Of a DNA stretch of 64,000 nucleotides, positions 1 to 8,562 are shown piece by piece. Where the stretch lies: contig CAWJZV010000023.1 in the NCBI GenBank assembly GCA_963847445.1, forward strand, positions 128,001-192,000. Direction: 5' to 3'. A model generated the notes under the pieces. It was given only the letters and a program-made list of their open reading frames with translations, was not told the DNA's origin and ran no database searches. The stretch's first letter is position 1, and the number at the start of each line of letters is the position of its first letter. The position numbers were made by a program, and so were the translations under genes. The stretch comes from an uncultured delta proteobacterium. Lineage in GTDB: Bacteria > Desulfobacterota > Binatia > UBA9968.

Positions 1-1053
1 CTGCTGTTTCGCCTCGGGCAGCGCTTTATCACCAACAAGGCGGCTTACGATCGCTTGGGCGCGGCGGCTGCCGACAAGCTGGCGCTCGGCACAGGGCCTT
101 ATAAGTTCAAGGAGTGGGTGCGCGGCCAGTGGTTCGTCGTGGAAAAGAACCCAGGCTACACCCATAGCGATCACAGGCCGACGGTTGATGAGATCGTTTT
201 TCGCAACATTCCCGAGTCGGAGGTGGCGATCACCTCGCTGTTAAACAAAGAAGTCGACATCATCTCCAACGTTCCGCCTGAGAGCGCGGCGCGAGTGACG
301 GGCCTGGCGCGGATCGAGAGCGCGCGCACGATCAACATCATGTTTCTCGGCATGCACAGCTCGGTGCCGCAGTTCCAAAACAAACTGGTGCGCCAGGCGG
401 TGAACTATGCCATCGATCGCAAGGCGCTGACGCAAAACGTGCTCAAGGGCTATGCCTATCCGATGGACGCGCCGGTGGGACCGGACCAGTACGGATACGG
501 TCGCGAGATCAGTCCCAAGTACACCCATGATCCGGCGAGGGCGAAGAAGTTACTGGCCCAAGCCGGCTTTCCCAACGGCTTTGAGGTCGATTTCCTAGTA
601 CCCGTTGGCCAATACAACAAGGTCAAGGATGTCGCCGAGGCGATCGGCGGCATGCTCAACAACGTGGGGATACGCGCCAAGCTGCGCACGCAAGATCAAG
701 ACAGCGGTTTTGCCGCCATCCAAAATGGCAAAGCCGGCATGTATATTTTCGGGCGCGGCGCGGTCGTCGACCCCAGTGAATACCTGCACCAGTACTTTCG
801 CACCGGAGTCACCAAGCGGCTGGAGTTCTCCAACCCGGCGGTGGACGCCGCGCTGGAAGCGGAACAGGCGAGCTTCGATCCGGCCCAGCGCGTGAAGCTC
901 CTGCAAAAGGCGATGTCGGTGCTGATGGACGAAGCGCCGGTGGCTTGGCTCTACCAGTATCAAGGCCTGCAAGGCGTGAGCAACAAGTTCGACTTCAAGG
1001 CGAATCCCGGCGAGGACGTCTACGGCTGGGATCTCAAACCGCGGGCACGCTAG
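1..1053 (+). CDS. ABC transporter substrate-binding protein, family 5 (DppA/OppA-like), 5' truncated by window edge
   Basis: Open frame from base 1; motifs GTGPYKF, VRQAVNYAIDR and DPARAKKLLAQAG typical of SBP_bac_5. Confidence 0.9.
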   Translation: MLFRLGQRFITNKAAYDRLGAAAADKLALGTGPYKFKEWVRGQWFVVEKNPGYTHSDHRPTVDEIVFRNIPESEVAITSLLNKEVDIISNVPPESAARVTGLARIESARTINIMFLGMHSSVPQFQNKLVRQAVNYAIDRKALTQNVLKGYAYPMDAPVGPDQYGYGREISPKYTHDPARAKKLLAQAGFPNGFEVDFLVPVGQYNKVKDVAEAIGGMLNNVGIRAKLRTQDQDSGFAAIQNGKAGMYIFGRGAVVDPSEYLHQYFRTGVTKRLEFSNPAVDAALEAEQASFDPAQRVKLLQKAMSVLMDEAPVAWLYQYQGLQGVSNKFDFKANPGEDVYGWDLKPRAR

Positions 1054-1112
1054 TGCAGATTCTAAGAAGTCTGAGAGGCCAATCGGGAGTATGCTTCAAA
1101 CGAAATTAATTT

Positions 1113-1266
1113 CCGTCATGCCGGTGCAAACCGGCATCCATCCCCATCGCCTTAACCTGGATACCGTTTTTCAACGGTATGACGGACGCTGTCCGTCACC
1201 TGGATTCCCGCGTGCGCGGGAATGACGGAAGGGAAGTCGACTTCGTGTCGGTAGATTAGAACCCCA
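1113..1266. repeat. CGTC-tagged palindromic repeat cluster (MITE-like), copy 1
   Basis: CCGTCATGCCGG..CCGGCATCCA, CTGGATACCG..CGGTATGACGG and CTGGATTCCCGCG..CGCGGGAATGACGG; related copies at 54519-54662 and 63395-63527. Confidence 0.75.
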
Positions 1267-1358
1267 GATCTGGAGCCGAAGGTTGTTCCGTTCTGAGAGC
1301 CGAATAGAGCCCAAACTATCATGACTTGCCTCTGGAGTGGGTAATCCGATTCTCGATG

Positions 1359-1413
1359 GGAGCGCGGACATTCTTGTCCGCCGATTCCCGCGGGCTAGAA
1401 AGCCCGCGCTCCT
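1359..1413. repeat. Paired GGAGCGCGG REP-like palindromes
   Basis: GGAGCGCGGACATTCTTGTCCGC...CGCGGGCTAGAAAGCCCGCGCTCC; near-identical reverse-complement copy at 63310-63366. Confidence 0.8.
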
Positions 1414-1415
1414 TT

Positions 1416-1456
1416 CATTCCCATCACTCCAACATTCCAATACTCCATCACTCCAT
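1416..1456. repeat. ACTCCA/TGGAGT short tandem repeat
   Basis: cactccaa-cattccaa-tactccat-cactccat; reverse-complement type at 63605-63638. Confidence 0.7.
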
Positions 1457-1462
1457 ATCTTC

Positions 1463-2529
1463 TCACGCCGCTTCTTCTCTGAACAAGCCCAAGCTTTCCA
1501 GCACCGGCCGGTCGGTGACGGAGAAAATAATCGCCGGTTCTTTCGACGATTTGTTTTCGAAGCGAGTGCCAGTTCCAGGACGGCACGAAGAAGCAGTCAT
1601 GGGCGCCCCAGGCGAGTTGTTTGCCGTCGCCCTTTTGTTTGGCCGACGGTGGTGACGCCGCTGCCTTGGACGACATGGTAGATGGTGCTGCTGGTGTGGC
1701 GGTGCGGTTTGGTCGATTCGCCCGGCGGAATCATTTGCACCCAGCAGCCGATGGTCGGCATGGTCGGGCCGCCGGTGATCGGGTGCGAGTATTCCAACAG
1801 CACGCCGTCGTGAGCGTCGCGCTGGCCGGAGGCGGCGATCTCGTTCAAGCGCGCGCTCAGTGTCGCGCCATTTGTAATTGTACGGCAGCGCGGCGTTGCT
1901 CGACGTTGGTCATGCGCGGGCGAATCGCGCCGTATTGTTGCTTGCCGTAGCCGTCGGGCTTGACGATCGGCTGGGCCGGCCCTTCGGCGAAGTTTTCGTG
2001 AAAGTGTGGCGTCGAGGTGGTTGGTCAGTTGGGCGTCGAGGACGTCGAGCCAGACGAGATTTTTCTTGCCGCAGTTAAAATGGTCATGCCAGGTCCAGTT
2101 GGGCGTGAGCACGAGATCGCCGGGTTCCATCAGCATCTGCTCGCCTTCGACGTTGGTGTAGCCGGTGCCGTCGCCTTCGACGACGAAGCGCAACGCCGCC
2201 GCGGTGTGGCGATGGCACTCGGCGCGCTCGCCGGGTTTGACCAGCTGGATCGACATTTGCAATCGTGCGCGTGGTGGCTTTCTTATTGGTCAACGCAGGA
2301 TTGACCAGCTGCACGGTGCGCCGTTTGGCGGCGTCGTCGATGCCGCCCAACTTGATCACTTCGCCGGACTCCATCAGGCAGGAGTGGATCACCGACCAGG
2401 GCCAGAGATGGGCACCAGGTCGGGATTCTTCTCGCGCGGCTGCCAGTGGCCGCCCAGGGAATATTCCGCCAAGCGATTGTGTAGGGCGATGACTTCAGGT
2501 GTTTCCGGGACGGCATGTGCGTCGGCCAT
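1463..2529 (-). CDS. Gentisate 1,2-dioxygenase-like bicupin, multiple frameshifts
   Basis: Pieces in several frames: RRTVQLVNP, CHRHTAAALRF, PNWTWHDH, PTMPTIGCWVQ, PHRHTSSTIYHV, PSWNWH; RBS AGGAG before ATG 2529. Confidence 0.85.
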
Positions 2530-2557
2530 AATTTTCTCCTCATGCGAATTTGTCGCT

Positions 2558-2587
2558 AATCTATCGTTAGATCGAGCGGAGTGTCAA
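2558..2587 (-). promoter_or_regulatory. Putative sigma70 promoter of the cupin gene
   Basis: TTGACA-N18-TAGATT on the minus strand. Confidence 0.5.
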
Positions 2588-2605
2588 CGCGCTGTATTTA
2601 CTTGT

Positions 2606-2629
2606 GTAGGGGCGGGTTTCAAACCCGCC
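2606..2629 (+). repeat. GTAG-type REP, single copy
   Basis: GTAGGGGCGGGTTTCAAACCCGCC. Confidence 0.7.
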
Positions 2630-2654
2630 TGTGGTTGTCACGGCGGTCGGTGGT

Positions 2655-2683
2655 TTGACACGGCTTGGGCCATCGGTTACGGT
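2655..2683 (+). promoter_or_regulatory. Putative sigma70 promoter of the AAA+/vWA genes
   Basis: TTGACA-N17-TACGGT, 36 nt upstream of ATG 2719. Confidence 0.5.
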
Positions 2684-2718
2684 TTTTGAAATCAAATTTT
2701 TGAGAGTGAAACTATCGA

Positions 2719-3615
2719 ATGTCGACCCAGCCATCAGCGCCGCAGTACCGGATTGAAGAGTATATCGTCAAGGAGCAGCCATTTTACGTGGCGAGCTCCG
2801 ATGAGGTGGAGATCTTCGAAGCGGCGTACCGCCAGCGCGTGCCGGTGCTACTCAAAGGCCCCACCGGCACCGGCAAGACACGCTTCGTCGAATACATGGC
2901 GTGGAAACTGGGCCAGCCGTTGAGCATCGTCAAAGACGGCGCCAAAGGCGCGAAGAATGGCGACGTCGCTGGCAACGGCGCGGTGCCTCTGGTCACCGTG
3001 GCCTGCCATGAGGACTTGACCGCCAGCGATCTGGTCGGGCGCTATTTGCTCGACGCCAAGGGCACGCGCTGGATCGACGGGCCGCTGACGCGGGCGGTTC
3101 GGGTCGGCGGCATTTGCTATCTCGACGAAATCGTCGAGGCGCGCAAAGACACCACCGTGATCATTCATCCGTTGACCGATCATCGCCGGCTGTTGACCAT
3201 CGATAAGTTGGGCGAAGTCATTGAAGCGGCGGATAATTTCTTGCTGGTGGTGTCGTACAACCCCGGCTATCAAAACGTGCTCAAGGATTTGAAACATAGC
3301 ACGCGCCAGCGCTTCGTCGCTCTCGACTTTCAGTTCCCGGATACCGAGCGCGAGGCGAAAATCATCGAGCATGAATCGGGCGTCGACGAGCAGAACGCCG
3401 TGCAGCTGGCCAAGCTCGGCCACAAGGTGCGCAATCTGCGCGAGCATGGTTTGAAAGAGGGCGCGAGCACGCGGGTATTGATCTACGCCGGCCGCTTGAT
3501 CAAGGAAGGCATCGCGCCGCGCCGCGCCTGCCAGGTCGCGGTCACCTGGGGCATCACCGACGACCCGCAAGTGCAGCGGAGCCTGGAAGAAGTCGTCACG
3601 GCAATCTTCCCGTGA
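2719..3615 (+). CDS. CbbQ/NirQ/NorQ family MoxR-type AAA+ ATPase
   Basis: Walker A GPTGTGKT, CHEDLTASDLVGR, WIDGPLT, Walker B YLDEIVEARKD, SYNPGYQ, STRQRF. Confidence 0.92.
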   Translation: MSTQPSAPQYRIEEYIVKEQPFYVASSDEVEIFEAAYRQRVPVLLKGPTGTGKTRFVEYMAWKLGQPLSIVKDGAKGAKNGDVAGNGAVPLVTVACHEDLTASDLVGRYLLDAKGTRWIDGPLTRAVRVGGICYLDEIVEARKDTTVIIHPLTDHRRLLTIDKLGEVIEAADNFLLVVSYNPGYQNVLKDLKHSTRQRFVALDFQFPDTEREAKIIEHESGVDEQNAVQLAKLGHKVRNLREHGLKEGASTRVLIYAGRLIKEGIAPRRACQVAVTWGITDDPQVQRSLEEVVTAIFP

Positions 3616-3631
3616 GAGATTCGGAATTTTG

Positions 3632-3820
3632 ACCGCAAAGAACGCAAAGGTACGCAAAAGAAGAACTCGTTCATGCAGCGCAAGACCAGGCCGTTTGCAA
3701 AGACTAGCTGAGACTTAGTACTTCAGTCATCGAAGGACACGAAGAGCACGAAGGAAGAGATTTAACGCGAAGGATTGGCAATCCGTTCCTACTTTGCGTT
3801 CTCTGCGTTCTTTGCGGTTA
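3632..3820. repeat. Inverted pair of CGCAAAG 9-mer tandem repeats
   Basis: CCGCAAAGAACGCAAAGGTACGCAAAAG ... CTTTGCGTTCTCTGCGTTCTTTGCGG. Confidence 0.75.
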
Positions 3821-3828
3821 ATCTTCCC

Positions 3829-6042
3829 ATGTCTCCCTCCTGATTCACCTGCCGTTGAGCTGGCGCCGATCCGTGAGATGTTGGGATTTTATTGCCATGC
3901 GTTGACCGAGCGGCGCGTCGAGCTGCAGGATTTGCAGCAGCTTATCGATAAGAACATCGGTTGGTCGAAGAGCGATGTCGCCACCAGCGATGGGGCGGCG
4001 ATTTTTCTGCCGGCTATCGTCGAGCGCTTCGACGCGCGGGCGGACAACTATGATTATCTCAAAGTCATGCTCACCCAGCAGGCCGGCCATCTCGAGTTCG
4101 GCAGCTTCGAGTTCGAGTTCGAGCGGCCGTCGACGCAGTTCACCGATCTGCGGCCGAAGTTCAACGCGCCGGCGGCATATCACGACCACGATCATGGCCA
4201 TGAAGGGCATCACGAGCAGGCCGCGGTCACCGAGCTGACGCGGTTTTTTCGCCTATTCCCCAACAAACGGCTGGCGCTGGACATTTTCTCCATCGTCGAG
4301 AGCGCGCGCGTCGAAGCGCGCATCATGCTGGAATACCGCGGCATCGCCGTCGCTTACAGCGCGATGCGCGGGCGCACGCTGGCGCTGCGCCAGGAATCGA
4401 TCTATCTGCCGGCCCGCGAAGCGCTGCTGGAATTTATGATTCGGCTCAGTCTCGGCCGCGCCGATGGCATCAAAGTCCCCAAGAAGCAGGCGGCCGTTGC
4501 CCGCGATATCCGAGCGATGATGCAGCTCGTCGGCGGCCAAACGCGCCACGGTCGAAGACGCCGCGGAAGCGACATTACGGATCTATGCGCGCTTGGCGCG
4601 GGTTAAGAATGACTATTTGGATGAAGATGCAGTTCATCTTTCTGGAGCTGGAAGAGAAGAGTTCAAGCAAGCGACTGGTTCAAAACGTTCCAAAGTTCCA
4701 GGTTCAAATCGTTGGGAGGATCAAGATGAGAATCGCGGTGCTGCCGGAACTGAATGGGCGTGAGCGGGAGTATCTGGCGCCGCAGGGGGTCGATTACCGC
4801 GGCGAGTTTCGCCCCGAGCTGGCGCAGTTGCTGACCAAGGCGCAGGCCAATTCGCGCGAGCAGCGCAAATCTCTGACGCCGGAAGAATTGGCGGATTTGC
4901 TGCGCAGCCAGCGCGCGCCCAAACCGCGCGACGGCGAAGATGACGGCGACGAGCAGGATCCGCAGACCAGCCAGATGGTGCAGAACCTCTTAAAGGAACT
5001 CGACCAGCGCGATCCGCGCATGCAGAGCGTGACGCGCCGGCCGTCGCCCAGTAACGACGACGACTCCGGGCCGTTGTCGGCGACGCAGCCGAATACTTTT
5101 ATCTACGACGAATGGGATGCCGCGGCGCGTAAATATCGCGAACGCTGGTGCAAGGTTTACGAGAAAAGCCTGGGCAGCGGCGATCTGACGTTTTACCGCG
5201 AGACGTTGTTGAGCCACGCCGGTTTGTTGCAGCAGATTCGCCGCGAGTTCGAGCAGGTGGTGCCGGAACTCTATCACAAGGAAAAACGCTTGCCGGAAGG
5301 TTCGGATCACGATCTCGACCTGGCCATCGAGGCGCTGACCGACTTCCGCATCGGCATCAGCCCGTCGGAAAAAATCTTTTGGCGCCATCACAAGATCGAG
5401 CGCGATGTCGCGGTGGCTTTCTTGATCGACATGAGCGGCTCGACGGGTGAGGCGATCAAGACTGCCAGCGATAAACCGCTGCCCGGCAACGCGCCAGGCG
5501 CGGAGCGCTCGCAGCGGCGCATCATCGACGTCGAGAAGGAGGCGATTGTTTTGATGATGGATTCCCTCGAAGCCATCGGCGACCGCTACGGGGTTTACGG
5601 TTTCTCCGGCCATGGCCGCGACAACGTCGAGTTCTACGTGATCAAGGATATGGAAGAGTCGTTTTCCATCGACATCGCCAAACGCTTCGGCCGCATCGGT
5701 CCGCTCCACGCCACGCGCATGGGTCCGGCGATCCGCCATACCACGGCGAAGCTGCGCAGACAGCAGAGCCATTCGAAATTTCTGTTCTTGATCAGCGACG
5801 GCCGGCCGCAGGATCGCGGCTATTCTCAAGAGGGCGCCGAGAAGGCCCACGCGGTGCAGGACACGCGCATGGCGATGATCGAGGCGCGGCGCGAGGGCAT
5901 TCATCCGTTTTGTCTGACCGTGGATAAGGACGGCAACGATTATTTGCGCACCATGATGGATGACTTTAGCTACGAAGTATTGGCCGATGTGAGTTTGTTG
6001 CCGCGGCGCTTGCCGCAGTTGTATAAGAAGCTGACGACTTAA
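3829..6042 (+). CDS. CbbO/NorD-like von Willebrand factor A protein with His-rich linker, frameshifted
   Basis: N-part TSDGAAIFLP and FSIVESARVE; HDHDHGHEGHH; C-part YDEWD, MIDAS DMSGST, TRMGPAIRH, LISDGRP; frame changes near 3840, 4545 and 4630-4750. Confidence 0.85.
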
Positions 6043-6052
6043 AATTTAACGC

Positions 6053-6093
6053 GTTCAAATCGTTCAAAACGTTCAAGCCGTTCCAAATCGTTT
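6053..6093. repeat. GTTCAA-core tandem repeat
   Basis: gttcaaatc-gttcaaaac-gttcaagcc-gttccaaatc. Confidence 0.75.
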
Positions 6094-6115
6094 CGGATTC
6101 GGAGGAGTGAAAGTA

Positions 6116-7258
6116 ATGGCGAGACAGTATAAGATTATTTCCGGCGATTCGCATTTGGATTTGCCGCCGGATCGCTGGACCCATCGGGTGCCGGCCAAGT
6201 GGAAAGATCGGGCGCCGCGGCGGGTGCAGCTGCCCAACGGCGAAGAAGCGATCGCCATGGAAGGGCGGCCGATCGCGCCCATCGGGCTGACGCGCAGCGT
6301 CGGCGTGCCGCACGATCAGTTGCATTTGCAGGTTCCCACCTTCGACAACAGCGCCGGGACGGGACAGCCGGAGCAGCGCGTACGCGAGCAGGATCAGGAT
6401 GGCATCGACGCCGAGATTCTGTTTTCGCGCATCTCGATCATTCGCGGCATCAAGGAAGACGAAGGTTATGTCGCGCTCAATCACGCTTACAATGAGTACT
6501 TGGCCGAGGAGTATGCCAAGGCGGCGCCGGAGCGGTTGTTTCCGATGGGAATCATTCCGACCACGGGCATCGACGATGCGGTGAAAGAGTTGGAATACTG
6601 CGCCAAGGCGGGGCTAAAGGGCGTGCAGCTCGATATGTTTCCCAACGGCAAACAGTTTCCGACGCCGGCCGACGATCGTTTCTGGGCGGCGGCGCTCGAT
6701 CACCACATCGCCATCGCATCGCATACCCGCGCCGGCACGACGCGCTTCGCCGACAAGGGGCCATTTTTTCAGTATCCCAAGGGCGGCTACAAGGGCGATC
6801 CCATCGAACAGATTTTTCGCTTCTGCGGCGACGCGGCGTTCGCGGTTTTGCAGATGGCGTTTGCCGGCGTTTACGAACGATTCCCGAAGTTGCAGCTCTA
6901 CTGGGCCGAGACGCAAATCGGCTGGCTGCCCTACGCGCTCTGGCAGGTCGACGATCACTACGAGCGCTATCGCCATTTGGCGAAAGGGATGTTCGGTCTC
7001 GACTTCCTCAAGCGCAAACCGAGCGAATACATTCGCGAGCACTCGCTCTGGGGTTTTCTTTACGACAAGATCGGCGTCGGCACGCGCCAGGCGATCGGTA
7101 GCGACAAAGTGATCTGGGGCAGCGACTTCGCCCACGCGGCGAGCGACTGGCCCAACTCGAAGAAGACCATCGCCGACAGCTTCGCCGGCGTGCCGGAGGA
7201 TGAGTGCTACGCGATGCTGGCTGGCAATGTGATAAGGTTTTTTCATTTGGACGGGTAG
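6116..7258 (+). CDS. Amidohydrolase_2 family protein
   Basis: ISGDSHL, EQDQDGIDAE, WAETQIGWLP, WGSDFAH; RBS GGAGGAG. Confidence 0.9.
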   Translation: MARQYKIISGDSHLDLPPDRWTHRVPAKWKDRAPRRVQLPNGEEAIAMEGRPIAPIGLTRSVGVPHDQLHLQVPTFDNSAGTGQPEQRVREQDQDGIDAEILFSRISIIRGIKEDEGYVALNHAYNEYLAEEYAKAAPERLFPMGIIPTTGIDDAVKELEYCAKAGLKGVQLDMFPNGKQFPTPADDRFWAAALDHHIAIASHTRAGTTRFADKGPFFQYPKGGYKGDPIEQIFRFCGDAAFAVLQMAFAGVYERFPKLQLYWAETQIGWLPYALWQVDDHYERYRHLAKGMFGLDFLKRKPSEYIREHSLWGFLYDKIGVGTRQAIGSDKVIWGSDFAHAASDWPNSKKTIADSFAGVPEDECYAMLAGNVIRFFHLDG

Positions 7259-7526
7259 GAGAACGTCCAGATTGGGAAGATTTCTCGCAAAGACGCCAAG
7301 GCGCCAAGGTCGGATAAGAGGAAGTGAATTTGTGTATGATTGTTCTGCCCTTCGCCGTGCTCCTTTTTGCCACCTTTCGGAGTATCTAAATACCGACGAT
7401 CGCTGACTTTCTGCCGGATATTAAATGGACCTTGCTTCACTACGAGCGGCTGTTTGATTACGGTCGGGTAATTCTTTGTCGAGGCATTGATCGTCGCATT
7501 GCAGGCCGCGACGAGGATTGCTCCGT

Positions 7527-7802
7527 TCAAGACTTCTGCGAAGCTCGCGCTTTGATCGCCATCCCGGCGATACCGAAGTCCAAGAGAGCGGTACCCAAGA
7601 AGCCGACAATCGTTTGAAGCGCGAGATATTTCTCGGTGTAGATGTAGATCGAAATGTTCGCGATGCCGAACAACATCCAGGTCGTCGGACTGATACCTTT
7701 AAGACTGTTACTTCGCAGAAGGGCGATGAGCTGGATCAACGTTGCGACAGGGAAGATGATCGCTGGGAGCCACCCTGCAACGTCGATAATGTGAGGATTC
7801 AT
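7527..7802 (-). CDS. Small three-helix membrane protein, PQ-loop/SemiSWEET-like
   Basis: 91 aa, three hydrophobic segments, IQL..LL...S.KGIS pattern. Confidence 0.55.
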   Translation of the reverse strand: MNPHIIDVAGWLPAIIFPVATLIQLIALLRSNSLKGISPTTWMLFGIANISIYIYTEKYLALQTIVGFLGTALLDFGIAGMAIKARASQKS

Positions 7803-7898
7803 TTTGCCCTTTCAGGTCTATGGGCGAGTCTTAGTTCGGTCAAAACGAGTTAGTGGTCGTCGAAATCGAGCCTCCGATTGGGAGCTAAACTTGGCAGG

Positions 7899-8291
7899 CT
7901 ATGTTTGAGCTATTGCGGCGACGTGGTTTTGTAACCAGGTTGCGAATTCCTCACGTTTCATTTTCCCTGATGCGACCATCAGAATAATCTGCTCTTGGTC
8001 ATCAACGGATGCGTCAATGTTATGCCCGTTAAGGACAAGAAACACTTCCATCGCCGCGTGGCCGATGCGTTTGTTGCCGTCGACGAAGGGATGATTCTGT
8101 ATGAGCGAGAATCCGAGAGCCGAAGCCTTTTCGGTAACTGTCGGATATAAGTCTGCGGCGCCGAACGTAACTCGGGGCTGGGCTAGCGCCGATTCCAGTG
8201 CATGGAGGTCGCGTATGCCGAAGCTGCCGCCGCTTTGAAGGATAACGTTGCGGTAGATTCCGAGCACTTCATCGAGAGTGAGGTAACGCAC
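7899..8291 (-). CDS. doc: Doc/Fic family type II toxin
   Basis: GIRD..ALESAL and HPFVDGNKR motifs; GTG start overlaps the antitoxin TAG stop. Confidence 0.9.
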   Translation of the reverse strand: MRYLTLDEVLGIYRNVILQSGGSFGIRDLHALESALAQPRVTFGAADLYPTVTEKASALGFSLIQNHPFVDGNKRIGHAAMEVFLVLNGHNIDASVDDQEQIILMVASGKMKREEFATWLQNHVAAIAQT

Positions 8292-8488
8292 TAGGCAAGC
8301 CGGCGATAGAGTTCAGAGTTCTTGTTCAAGACGTACTCGGCAGCTTTCTCGAAGGTCTCATCGGGCCGGGCCAGAAGTTCATCGATGCTGACTCGTACAA
8401 GGTCCTCGGGTGAGATGCTATAACGACCGGCAATCTCTTTGAGTTTTGCCAATCGGTCGTCGGAAACTGTGACGGTTATATTGCTCAT
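8291..8488 (-). CDS. Ribbon-helix-helix antitoxin
   Basis: 65 aa, N-terminal ITVTVSDD beta strand, C-terminal LNKNSELYRRLA; coupled to doc. Confidence 0.8.
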   Translation of the reverse strand: MSNITVTVSDDRLAKLKEIAGRYSISPEDLVRVSIDELLARPDETFEKAAEYVLNKNSELYRRLA

Positions 8489-8562
8489 TCCAACCTCCAG
8501 ATGGAATGCGAGTATAGCCCTTCGATGAAGAGATTCCTAGAAATCGCGTCAAAGGGAGCAGC

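Noticed and set aside
2719-6042. Evidence for carbon fixation or denitrification from cbbQO/norQD
   Set aside because: No Rubisco or nitric oxide reductase genes in the window; family membership alone does not fix the function
7243-7530. 95-aa minus-strand ORF and overlapping short ORFs
   Set aside because: No recognisable motifs, runs through a repeat, and overlaps the amidohydrolase stop; possibly a gene remnant
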